A stretch of 63,989 nucleotides of DNA, filler included, from an uncultured bacterium (GTDB taxonomy: Bacteria; Auribacterota; CAZIXI01), in assembly GCA_964543115.1 (NCBI GenBank). It is 5 parts of 5 records of this genome, joined end to end, with 100 filler letters (N's around TTAATTAATTAA, not from the genome) between each part and the next. Parts side by side here need not be neighbours in the genome. Positions count along the whole stretch, not along the records: positions 1 to 14,136 come from CAZIXI010000065.1; positions 14,237 to 28,215 come from CAZIXI010000066.1; 3 more parts are not named here. One strand, 5' to 3'. Of this stretch, positions 8,968 through 18,027 are shown piece by piece. The stretch's first letter is position 1. The number at the start of each line of letters is the position of its first letter. The notes under the pieces are model-generated. The model made no database searches. It worked only from the letters and a program-made list of their open reading frames with translations, and had not been told where the DNA came from. Made by a program: the position numbers and the translations under genes.

Positions 8968-11064
8968 TTATTTAGCCGATGAAGCTCCAACTTTTACTTC
9001 GATAGCATCACTAAACAAATCACCTTTATTTCTGGTCCAGGCACGGACATAAAAGGTACCCGGCCTGTTCGCCTGATATTTACCGATTCGTAATTTCTCA
9101 AGCGCGTTACTCTTCACCCAAGTAGCTTTACCACCCACATGTTTTAATTCCAAGACCTCCCATTTAACCTTACCGCTCAGGTCAACCGCGTCAAAAACAT
9201 TTTCCAGAAAAACCCCCATCGCCTGAAACTGCTCTGCCTGTCCCACCGTCAACCGCACCGGTGATTCCGGCCAAACAGCAAACCCGCATAATTCACCCGT
9301 CACTTCCTCTGGTTCCTCAGGTTCTTCTACTGCCGGGCCAACAATCTTCAGGTACCAGCAAAAGCCATCACGATTGCATTTATCATAAAAATCTTTTCTG
9401 CCAGGAAGCCAATCAATAATATCTGGTTGTTCATCTCCGGAATAGTATATGTATCGTAAGAGTCTTACCTGACCGGTAGAGCCGGGTTGTATAGGATCAC
9501 CCTTCCAGCCATAGTCTTTGAACCTATACTTTCCGTCTGGACCAACAACGACGTTTGGATCACCAATTTTCTCTAATTGGTCAGGGCTGAATCCCTGGTT
9601 CTTAGCACCTTCTGGTACTCCGCGCAGCCATTCTTCAAATATCGGTGTGGAAAGGTGCCAACCAATAAGATCAGCCTCATAATCCCCCTTTTCTCCCGCC
9701 TGGTAGAAACTGCCCCCTTTTTTTGTTCGTCTATCGTTCTCATGGCCACACTCAATTTTTCCATTAGGAATCCGTAATTGAATTTTTCCTGTCTTCCAGT
9801 CCACCGAACCGTCAATTTGAAAACTTGTTTCCCAGAAGATCCGTGTCCAGCGATCAACGTTACTCTTTTTGAACTCGCTGTTTGGGCATTCATATTTACA
9901 GTATCCGCTTACATCCCCGTTTGCATTGAACGTTAAAGTCAAAGGAATTGGCAGCTTCCCGTGTTCTATGAAGTTGACGTAATTACCACCTGGAGCCTCA
10001 ATGAGACCGGGTACCCATAGCTCAGCCCGGTAGGTGCCAATAAGCGGCTTGATTGGAGCAGGCTTTTTGGGCGGCTTCTTTTCTTCTGGGGTTTCTTTAG
10101 GTTCCTTCTTCTCTGATTCGCCAGGCTCTTCCTCTTCCGGTAAAACAGCTTCCTCCTCTTCTGGCTCCTCTCCAATAACACGGAAAACTAGATTCAGTGA
10201 GGTTTCCTGCTGAGGAAAGCTGCTGTCTTTAAGAACAAGATACATTGTAGACATTCCTGGGAAAGTAAAAGAAAATGGTTCATTTAATCTAGCTGGACTT
10301 TCTAATGGTCGCTCTCTTCCGTTTTCACCAGAAAGAGAAGTAATTGAAAATTTATACGGCGGTTTACCACCACAGATTTCTAAGAGAACTAACTTAACCT
10401 CACCAACAGCAACTTCAAATTGTGTTTGGGAAGCACGTAACTCTAAGGGACCGGATACGGGAAGATTGTCTTCGGGAACCTGCTCCGAAACACCAGATTC
10501 AAGCTGTTTAATACGCGCTTTATGCACCTGATAAGCCCACACAAGCCTTTCTTCTTCACGATCAAGAGCATCCAAATTGGCTCCTCGACCCAGCTTGAGT
10601 ATATTTATCGTTTTATTATGCGCAGCTATAAAAGTTGTTTCCCCAGTTTTTATTCCAGTAAACTCTTCATATTTCTTAATGTATTTCTCTTTCAGTTCTT
10701 TATATTCTTTGGTTTGATACATCTGCCAATTCACCACTCCCCATTTGGCCTCCAGCGCAGCTTCCTCTTTTTCATATTCTTTTTCCAAAATCTCATATTT
10801 TTTTACTGCGCGGTACATATTAAGCATGGTATTTGCTACATGCTTTTTACTCTCAACCGTCATCCCCCGGATTTGTTCCTGTTTTTTTATTTGTACTCTT
10901 TTTAATTCACTTTTCACAATCTCAAGCTCTTTACGGAGCGTTGCTAATTCCTGCTCTTTTGTAGGGACAGCAGCAAATGCTGTATTAGATTGCGTGATTG
11001 TTAGCCCTAGGACACCAACAACCATAGCGATAAGCATACAGCAAATAATAATTTTGGACTTCAT
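8968..11064 (-). CDS. Secreted modular protein, paralogue B (coiled coil, Ig-like, acidic/Pro linker, variable domain, Ig-like)
   Basis: Signal peptide ending AFA; shares conserved blocks with 11094-13159; SD AAGGAG. Confidence 0.75.
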   Translation of the reverse strand: MKSKIIICCMLIAMVVGVLGLTITQSNTAFAAVPTKEQELATLRKELEIVKSELKRVQIKKQEQIRGMTVESKKHVANTMLNMYRAVKKYEILEKEYEKEEAALEAKWGVVNWQMYQTKEYKELKEKYIKKYEEFTGIKTGETTFIAAHNKTINILKLGRGANLDALDREEERLVWAYQVHKARIKQLESGVSEQVPEDNLPVSGPLELRASQTQFEVAVGEVKLVLLEICGGKPPYKFSITSLSGENGRERPLESPARLNEPFSFTFPGMSTMYLVLKDSSFPQQETSLNLVFRVIGEEPEEEEAVLPEEEEPGESEKKEPKETPEEKKPPKKPAPIKPLIGTYRAELWVPGLIEAPGGNYVNFIEHGKLPIPLTLTFNANGDVSGYCKYECPNSEFKKSNVDRWTRIFWETSFQIDGSVDWKTGKIQLRIPNGKIECGHENDRRTKKGGSFYQAGEKGDYEADLIGWHLSTPIFEEWLRGVPEGAKNQGFSPDQLEKIGDPNVVVGPDGKYRFKDYGWKGDPIQPGSTGQVRLLRYIYYSGDEQPDIIDWLPGRKDFYDKCNRDGFCWYLKIVGPAVEEPEEPEEVTGELCGFAVWPESPVRLTVGQAEQFQAMGVFLENVFDAVDLSGKVKWEVLELKHVGGKATWVKSNALEKLRIGKYQANRPGTFYVRAWTRNKGDLFSDAIEVKVGASSAK

Positions 11065-11083
11065 TCAATAAATCTCCTTTTAT

Positions 11084-11093
11084 NNNNNNNNNN
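11084..11093. other. 10-N scaffold gap between the two paralogues
   Basis: Run of 10 N. Confidence 0.95.
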
Positions 11094-13159
11094 GACGGTG
11101 CTTCTACTTTTACCTCAATAGCATCACTAAACAAATCACCTTTATTTCTGGTCCAGGCGCGGACATAGTATGTACCTGGCCTGGTTGCTTCATACTTGCC
11201 GGTTCTCATTTTTTTTAGGGCTTTGCTTTTCTGCCAGGTAGCTTTACCGCCAACATTTTTTAATTCCAATACTTCCCATTTTACCTTACCGCTCAAGTCC
11301 ACTGCGTCAAATACATTTTCCAGAAAAACACCCATGGCCTGAAACTGCTCCGCCTGTCCCACTGTCAGCCGCACCGGCGATTCCGGCCAAACGGCAAATC
11401 CACACAATTCACCATCCATTTCCTCCGGTTCCACCTCAGGAGCCGGTCCCAGGATCTTTAAAAACCAATGGACACCGCTCTTGTTAGTGGGTTCACAGAC
11501 TCTTTTATTCCATTGATCCGTAACATCTTCAACCTCTTTTTTTAGGTATATGTTGAATTTTATATAGCGCTTGAGATTTACCCGGCCGGTAGACTCAGTT
11601 TGGATAAGGGGATTTCCCCACCAGCCCCTATCTTTAAATCTAAATTTCCCATCTGGTCCCGCTACAATCGTTGGGATCCCTTTATTAATCCAATCAGAAG
11701 GGGTAGCTCCTTGTTCTTTTACGCTATCCGGTACTTCCGTCAGCACCTTCTCATACTGCGGACCAGGCACATAGTATCCAATGAGTTTAGCATCATAATC
11801 AATATCCCATCCTGCTTGGTAAGGAGTATCTCCCCCTCTTCTTTCGTGACGAGATTCGATATGCCCGTCAATAATCTTAATTTCCATCCTTCCTGTCTGC
11901 CAATTCACAGAACCTTGTACCCGAAATTTCGTATTCCAGGACATTCGCGTCCAGTGCATTTTATTGTTTTCATCAAATCTGTTTTCTGGACAATCGTAAT
12001 CAACATCCCCTGTTACACGACCATCTGCACTAAAAGATAAAACAATCGGAACTGGTGCCCTGGCATACTCCATTTTTACAAATCCCATACCTGGTCTCTC
12101 AACAATCGGGATCCAAAAATCCGCCCGGTAAGTACCAATAAGAGGTTTAATCGGAGTGGTTTTCTTTCCAGGTTTCTTTTCAATTGGGGTTTCTTTAGGC
12201 TTTTCCTTCTTCGAATCATCCGGCTCTTCCTCTTCCGGCTGCCCAGGCTCCTCCTCTTCCGGCTCTTCCCCTATAACCCGGAAAACTAAGGTCAGCGAGG
12301 TTTCCTGGCTGGGAAAACTGCTGTCTTTTAGAGTTAAATACAGTGACGGCATTCCCGGAAAGGTAAAAGAAAAGGGTTCATTTAATCTAGCCGGACCTTG
12401 TAATGTTCGTTCTCTTCCGTTTTCGCCGGACAGGGAAGTAATCGTGAATTGATATGGTGGTTTACCGCCACAAACTGTTAAGGAAACTAACTTAATCTCG
12501 CCAACAGCAACTTCAAATTGAGTCTGGGAAACGCGCAACTCTAGGCGGCCGGATGTCGGCAGATCCTCATCAGTAGTAGATTGCGAAACGCCGGATTCAA
12601 GCCGTTTAATCCGCCCGTTGACCGACCCATAAAGCCTGATCAGCCATCTTTCTTCAAGCTCAAGTTCATCTAAATTAACTCCCCGGCCTTTCTTCAGTAT
12701 TTCGATAGTTTCTCTATAAACCGAATAAAAAGAACTCTTGCCTGTTTTTACTCCGGTAAACTCTTCATATTTCTCAATATATTTCTCCTGCAGAGCCTTA
12801 TATTCTTCACTTTTAAAATATTTCGGAGTCCACTTTTCATCGTCCCATTTGGTTTCCAGCGCAGTTTCCTCTTTTTCGTATTCCTTTTCCATAACCTTAT
12901 ACTTTTTTGCCGCGCGGTACATATTAAGCATTGTATTGGCTACATGCTTTTTACTATCTACCGTCATTGCCTGGATTTGTTCTTGTTTTTTGAGCTGTAT
13001 TTTTTTTAAATCTTTTTTAACCTGCTCGAGCTCTTTACGGTATTGTGCTAATTGCTGCTCCTTGTCAGCTCCAGCGGCAAATACGGCAAGAGATGACATA
13101 ACTGTCAGGCAGATGGCCCAAATAGTCAAAATCACAAACACACGAAAAGTATGTCGCAT
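11094..13159 (-). CDS. Secreted modular protein, paralogue A (stop codon lost in N gap)
   Basis: Start MRHTF at 13159 with purine-rich SD; signal peptide ending VFA. It ends DAIEVKVEAP at the gap, while paralogue B ends DAIEVKVGASSAK. Confidence 0.75.
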
Positions 13160-13218
13160 ATTCTCTTCCTCGTTTAGATCATAGCAAAACAATCCCCGTT
13201 AAGGTAAATGAACTTCAG

Positions 13219-14082
13219 CTATTTACGGCGCCAGAAGCGGACTCCAGCCTGTCCTTCAAAATCCCGAAAATAATTTTTCTCTCCCGGCCGGCCCAACTTG
13301 TGCCTGAAAAGGGAATTGTCGCGATCCTTGCTTATCAGAATCACATCATTTTCACTATCGGGTGTGCCATACTGGCTATAAACGACATTAACGATTACGG
13401 CCGAATGCACTGCCTCTTTCAGGCTGGTCTTGTGGTAGGTGGCCACATCACCTTCCCGGAGATTTTTATAACTCAGCACTTCTTCCCAACCAAAAAATTC
13501 CGGATCTCTAATAATCTGGTTAACTATATCATCGGTCACTGTGCCCGTAAAATTAGCCACACCATTAGGCTCACCGGCCCGGACACGTGGTTTCTGACGA
13601 TCGCTGGGCCTTCTCCAGGCAAATTCGTGGCAATAATACTCATTGGTTGCACTGGGCACTATCCTTAGCATATCTTCATCCGGATAATAAAATTCGTGTC
13701 CTCTTTCAACTATATCCCGGCATTTCCAATATTGATCCCGATTGGCCTTTATATTGGTGCATAATTCAGCAATATATTCCTCCCACATTGGATCTTTCAT
13801 CGCCTCAGTCCAGGGATCACCTTTCCCGGCTACTTTATCTCTCAAATTTTCCCAATAATAATCATACACACTAGGATAATCCTCTACTCTTTTGGGTCTG
13901 GGCTTAGTCGGGTATGCTTGGTCCCGGGGCCTTGGTTTAAACACATCCTTTATTTCTTGTGTTTCCTCTTCAGACATATCCTCAAAATCCCAGCCCGCGT
14001 AATCTTCCTCCGTAACAGTTTGTCCATGAACGCTCACTGAAACAACAAGAAATAAACATAAAAAAATAGTTTTTATAATCAG
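13219..14082 (-). CDS. Secreted protein with a papain/NlpC-P60-like Cys-His domain; probable CTG start
   Basis: YYCHEFAW..GDVATY..VHSAVI..ISK. The frame is open upstream of GTG 14037 and encodes a signal peptide (L)IIKTIFLCLFLVVSVSVHG behind GGGGGTG. Confidence 0.6.
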   Translation of the reverse strand: MIIKTIFLCLFLVVSVSVHGQTVTEEDYAGWDFEDMSEEETQEIKDVFKPRPRDQAYPTKPRPKRVEDYPSVYDYYWENLRDKVAGKGDPWTEAMKDPMWEEYIAELCTNIKANRDQYWKCRDIVERGHEFYYPDEDMLRIVPSATNEYYCHEFAWRRPSDRQKPRVRAGEPNGVANFTGTVTDDIVNQIIRDPEFFGWEEVLSYKNLREGDVATYHKTSLKEAVHSAVIVNVVYSQYGTPDSENDVILISKDRDNSLFRHKLGRPGEKNYFRDFEGQAGVRFWRRK

Positions 14083-14136
14083 GATAACACCCCCTATTTA
14101 ATCCAGAGCACTTTCAAAACTTGTTCATGGCCTCCG

Positions 14137-14236
14137 NNNNNNNNNNNNNNNNNNNNNNNNNNNNNNNNNNNNNNNNNNNNTTAATTAATTAANNNNNNNN
14201 NNNNNNNNNNNNNNNNNNNNNNNNNNNNNNNNNNNN
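14137..14236. other. Artificial contig linker
   Basis: N44-TTAATTAATTAA-N44 (stops in all six frames). Confidence 0.97.
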
Positions 14237-14325
14237 TGGCGGTTGCGGAGAACCGGGCAGAGGTGGTAGAATTGCTTAAAGGAAATCCTGGCAAACAATG
14301 ATCTTGAAACGACAAGGAGTAGGGG

Positions 14326-15054
14326 ATGAAAAATATTATTAAATTATCAGTTGTGGCGGTTATTCTGGCGTTAGGGATGATTTTATCATCCGTTATGTTG
14401 TCTAAACTTTTCATTAAAATAAAACACGAAAAGTCCATTGTGGTTAAAGGATACGCGGAAAGAAATGTTATCGCGGATATTGGTAAGCTTTATTGTTCGT
14501 ACACAACCAGGAAGCCCACCTTAAAAGAGGCCTTTGAAGAATTGCAGCAAAACAAAAACCGGGTATTGAGTTTTCTGGCAGAAAGCGGTTTTAAGGGGGA
14601 TGAGATCGGCCTCTATAATGTGAATACATCGAAAATATATAAGAAAGATGCAGAGGGCCACCGGACAAACGAAATTGAATATTTTAAAGCCAGCCAGGCG
14701 ATTATGGTGACTTCCGGCGATGTGCGGCTGATAAAGGATATGTCCAAAAGAGTAAGTGAATTGATTAAGGACGGTATTGATGTCTATGCCCAGGCGCCGG
14801 CGTATTATGTTTCCGCTCTTGGTGAGGTAAAGGTTGAACTCATCGCCGCAGCCACAGAAGACGGCTACAAGCGGGCGTTAACCATGGCTGAGAACAGCGG
14901 CGGCCGGGTAGGGGCGCTGAGTTCGGCCCGGCAGGGAGTCTTCCAGATTACCGTGCCCAATTCCACCCAGACTTCCGGTTACGGTATTTATGATACGTCA
15001 ACTATTGAAAAAACCGTTAAAGCGGTTGTTACCCTGGAATACGCGATAGACTAA
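14326..15054 (+). CDS. SIMPL (DUF541) domain periplasmic protein
   Basis: N-terminal TM, IVVKGYAERNVIAD, ARQGVFQIT..YDTSTIEKTVKAVV. Confidence 0.88.
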   Translation: MKNIIKLSVVAVILALGMILSSVMLSKLFIKIKHEKSIVVKGYAERNVIADIGKLYCSYTTRKPTLKEAFEELQQNKNRVLSFLAESGFKGDEIGLYNVNTSKIYKKDAEGHRTNEIEYFKASQAIMVTSGDVRLIKDMSKRVSELIKDGIDVYAQAPAYYVSALGEVKVELIAAATEDGYKRALTMAENSGGRVGALSSARQGVFQITVPNSTQTSGYGIYDTSTIEKTVKAVVTLEYAID

Positions 15055-15497
15055 TGAAATATTCAGAAGCCAGACAGGGAAGGGTGTTTGTTATTCGGCT
15101 TGAAGACGGGGATGTCATTCACGAGGAAATTGAAAAATTTGCCCGGGAAAAATCCGTTAAGGCCGGGGTGTTGATTATTCTCGGCGGAGCGGATCAGGGC
15201 TCTAAGCTGGTGGTGGGCCCCGAGCAGGGACGCAAAAAGCCAATTAAGCCGCTGCAGTATATTTTAGACAATGTGCATGAAGCCGCCGGAACAGGCACTA
15301 TTTTCCCCGGAGAGAAAGGCCTGCCGGTTTTGCATATGCATATTGCCTGCGGCAGAAAGGATCAAACGGTAACCGGTTGTGTGCGCCGGGGCGTGAAGGC
15401 CTGGCACGTGCTGGAGGTTATCCTGCTGGAACTAACCGATACCGCGGCTGTTCGTTCGCCGGATCCGGCTACAGGTTTTGAATTACTGAATCCCTAA
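15054..15497 (+). CDS. PPC domain (DUF296) protein
   Basis: GRVFVIRLEDGDVIHEEI, E..GTGTI, LHMHIACG..GC..EVILLEL. Confidence 0.88.
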   Translation: MKYSEARQGRVFVIRLEDGDVIHEEIEKFAREKSVKAGVLIILGGADQGSKLVVGPEQGRKKPIKPLQYILDNVHEAAGTGTIFPGEKGLPVLHMHIACGRKDQTVTGCVRRGVKAWHVLEVILLELTDTAAVRSPDPATGFELLNP

Positions 15498-15501
15498 TAC
15501 C

Positions 15502-17799
15502 TTACACCGCGCGCTCTATGGTTTGGGATCCGGTTTTTGCCGGTATTCCCGTTTCAGATTCCCAACTGGCTTGGCCGGAAACGAAATCGCCTTCATGCAG
15601 AACATTTAATAATGCCCGTTGAACTCTATCGGCCTCAATGTCGTAACCCAACGTTTCCAGTATCCTTAACTCATATACCACCTGAGGGCCCAGATTGCGA
15701 TTAAGTCTAACTGCCCGGGAATAGCGTATCACTGCCTCCTCCATTTTTCCGTCTAAAACAGCGCGGTAGGCCAGACCCACTTCCGAAAATTGGTTCGGCA
15801 GATTTATACCTGCCAACGGTTCTTTTCGGCACCGGTAATGGATTTGATATAATTTGCGCACCAGAGTTAATAATTCATGCTCATCCTTTAAGCAGACATG
15901 ATCATTCTTTTGTAAGCCAATCCGGCAGCCGATCATTTGTGTCCGGCCATACCATTGATAGGCCGTTACGGCATAACGATTCATGATTGTGAGTAATTCA
16001 GCGTCAGTCTTTTCCGCCTCAAGTTCAAGTGCCTGGCCTTTAAGATCAAGCAGGCCTAAAAAGTATTTACCAATATCAGAATCAGGTTCTATCTCCAAAT
16101 CATTTAAATTAGCGTACGTGGTCATTTTTCTTATTGTTCGCAATATCTCTTTGGCCGCGGCCGCATTTCTCCCGCCAAGAGAGTTAACATAGCCCATTAA
16201 TTCATAATATATCCATAGAGGGAAGGATTTCTCCCAGACAGCCGTTTCTGGCTGCTGTAAGAGTTTTTCTGCCGTTGCAGAAAGTCCGGGGTCTTCTGTG
16301 GTTTCTCTTGCCGCCAAGATAGTTCTCTTTAGCTGTTCTAATGAATCATCATCATACATCTCTATTTCTTCAGGAACGATGCACTCTGACGGAAAAACCA
16401 GGGTAAACGTAGCGCCACCCCGTGTGTTGTTACTGGCTACAATCTCCCCATCTAATCCTACTACTGTTTTGTGCACGAAATGTAATCCCAGACCGTGTTC
16501 TCCGGGCTCCTCGGCAGACTTAGTGCTGTTTCCCCGTCCAAATAATTTCTGGATTTTATCTTTGTCTCGTATCAGTAATCCTTCTGCAATGCCGCCGGCG
16601 TTATCTGATACTGTCAGGCCTATCCCTCCTTCCTCATTAAAATTCATCGTGACCGCTATCTCGCCCGCGGTTGCCCCATTTTTCCTGAAGGCGTCAAGCG
16701 CGTTATTAATAAGATTATCCAGCAGCCTTTCGACGGCATTGCGATTGTTGAAAACAAAAAAATCCGAAACGCCGCCTGCCTGCAGTCGGAAATTTACTTT
16801 TATTCCGTTACCCCAAAGACTAGCAGTAATATTTTCCATATAATTAATTATTGCCGTTACTAAATCGAATCGTTGATTTTTTGTTGCTCCTTCCCAGGCC
16901 AGTTTAAATTCTTCTATTAATCGTAATGCTTTGGAGAAATTCCTTTCACCTAGTTCAGTCGCTTCTCTGGTAGTAGTGGCGCTAATAAATTGGTGTCCCC
17001 ACAAACAAAACTCCTTTATTGTGTTAAGCGTGCTATACAAATTAGCTAAGGCCGTTACCAGCCCCTTTTTAGGATCAGCAAGATCCTCATCGTATTTTCC
17101 GAAAATACCCCTTATTCGCGCTACCCTTCCTCTGTATTCCTCTCTTTCTCCCTCCGTGGTGAAGAATAGCTCCAGAAATCCTATGGCTTGAAAAGGGACT
17201 TTTAGATCATGCACTATTGTACTTAATCGGCCCAGATCTGTTTTTTCAAGGGCAAAAAAGGATATCTCTTTCGTTTCGGCCGCGACTATGGCTGCTACTT
17301 TTCCTTCGAGGAACAGGTTCCTTTTACCGTTTCTTAGTTTATTCCTTATTTTATTATTCCAGAGCGCTTGGGCATCAATACTTCGTGCCAGGTATAATTC
17401 TACCCGGCGGTTTCCTATTTCTAACAATACCTTAATCCCGTCAAATCCTCTGTTCTCTTTCTTGTATACCCAAAACGGTCTCTCTCTGGATTTCGATGCA
17501 ACTCCCGTTAAGGGGCTGCCGGTAAGTTTCAAGGAAATAATTGTCGTTGCCAATTTTTCCACAGCCACATTACTGGTAACGTTTCCCTTTAAAAACTCTC
17601 CTGCCAATTTTCTTACCAGATACCTGATTGCCCATTCTGTGGTCATCTCTTCCATTTGTTTAGGTGAATTACCGCGTGGTGCTAAAAGGAATATATCTAC
17701 TGTGCTAGGATAGAGTTCTCCGGCGGCCAAATACACCTCTCCCCTGGAGCTAACTACCACCAGTAGAGCAACTAACGATAGAATGATTTTCCCCCCCAT
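15502..17799 (-). CDS. Histidine kinase (HisKA + HATPase_c) with N-terminal signal/anchor and C-terminal helical/TPR-like region
   Basis: H-box IVHDLKVP, N-box LLDNLINNALDA, G1 VSDNAGGI, F/G2 LFGRGNSTK..GLGLHFV, GGATFTLVFP. Confidence 0.8.
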   Translation of the reverse strand: MGGKIILSLVALLVVVSSRGEVYLAAGELYPSTVDIFLLAPRGNSPKQMEEMTTEWAIRYLVRKLAGEFLKGNVTSNVAVEKLATTIISLKLTGSPLTGVASKSRERPFWVYKKENRGFDGIKVLLEIGNRRVELYLARSIDAQALWNNKIRNKLRNGKRNLFLEGKVAAIVAAETKEISFFALEKTDLGRLSTIVHDLKVPFQAIGFLELFFTTEGEREEYRGRVARIRGIFGKYDEDLADPKKGLVTALANLYSTLNTIKEFCLWGHQFISATTTREATELGERNFSKALRLIEEFKLAWEGATKNQRFDLVTAIINYMENITASLWGNGIKVNFRLQAGGVSDFFVFNNRNAVERLLDNLINNALDAFRKNGATAGEIAVTMNFNEEGGIGLTVSDNAGGIAEGLLIRDKDKIQKLFGRGNSTKSAEEPGEHGLGLHFVHKTVVGLDGEIVASNNTRGGATFTLVFPSECIVPEEIEMYDDDSLEQLKRTILAARETTEDPGLSATAEKLLQQPETAVWEKSFPLWIYYELMGYVNSLGGRNAAAAKEILRTIRKMTTYANLNDLEIEPDSDIGKYFLGLLDLKGQALELEAEKTDAELLTIMNRYAVTAYQWYGRTQMIGCRIGLQKNDHVCLKDEHELLTLVRKLYQIHYRCRKEPLAGINLPNQFSEVGLAYRAVLDGKMEEAVIRYSRAVRLNRNLGPQVVYELRILETLGYDIEADRVQRALLNVLHEGDFVSGQASWESETGIPAKTGSQTIERAV

Positions 17800-17856
17800 A
17801 GTCGGTTATCGTCTCCTTCGTAAGAGAAACCAGATACTACAAATATATTGTTTATT

Positions 17857-17880
17857 AACATGTAAATAACATGTTGTCAA
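17857..17880 (-). promoter_or_regulatory. Candidate operator AACATGT-N5-ACATGTT next to a TTGACA box, upstream of the kinase gene
   Basis: Inverted repeat 17857-17875; TGTCAA at 17875-17880; the -10 is weak. Confidence 0.35.
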
Positions 17881-18027
17881 CGAGTTGGGAATTTTTTTTT
17901 TACACCACTGTGGCTGATGGGGTTTGACTTTTTTATTTCTTCCTGCTAAAATTAACCTTCCATACAATAGATTCCTCAAGTTCAAGTTAATCCTGGAAAC
18001 TGGTAAACTTACAAAGGAGGTAGCCCG

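Noticed and set aside
10985..11093. C-terminal extension of the 735-aa ORF (IKGDLLNEVQ..) past the N gap
   Set aside because: It reads through unknown bases into the SD and start of the next gene; the paralogue ends a few residues after DAIEVKV.
8968..13159. Diversity-generating retroelement (TR/VR pair) as the source of paralogue variation
   Set aside because: No reverse transcriptase is present; both copies are full genes; differences include indels and are not confined to adenines.
13160..13218. sigma54 promoter before paralogue A (CGGGGATTGTTTTGCT on the minus strand)
   Set aside because: GG-N10-GC spacing is met, but the TGGCA context is missing; an extended -10 (TGnTATGAT) explains the site as well.
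14181..14192. TTAATTAATTAA repeated four times as a biological repeat or PacI-like site
   Set aside because: Always centred in exactly 44+44 N; it is a six-frame-stop linker added during contig concatenation.
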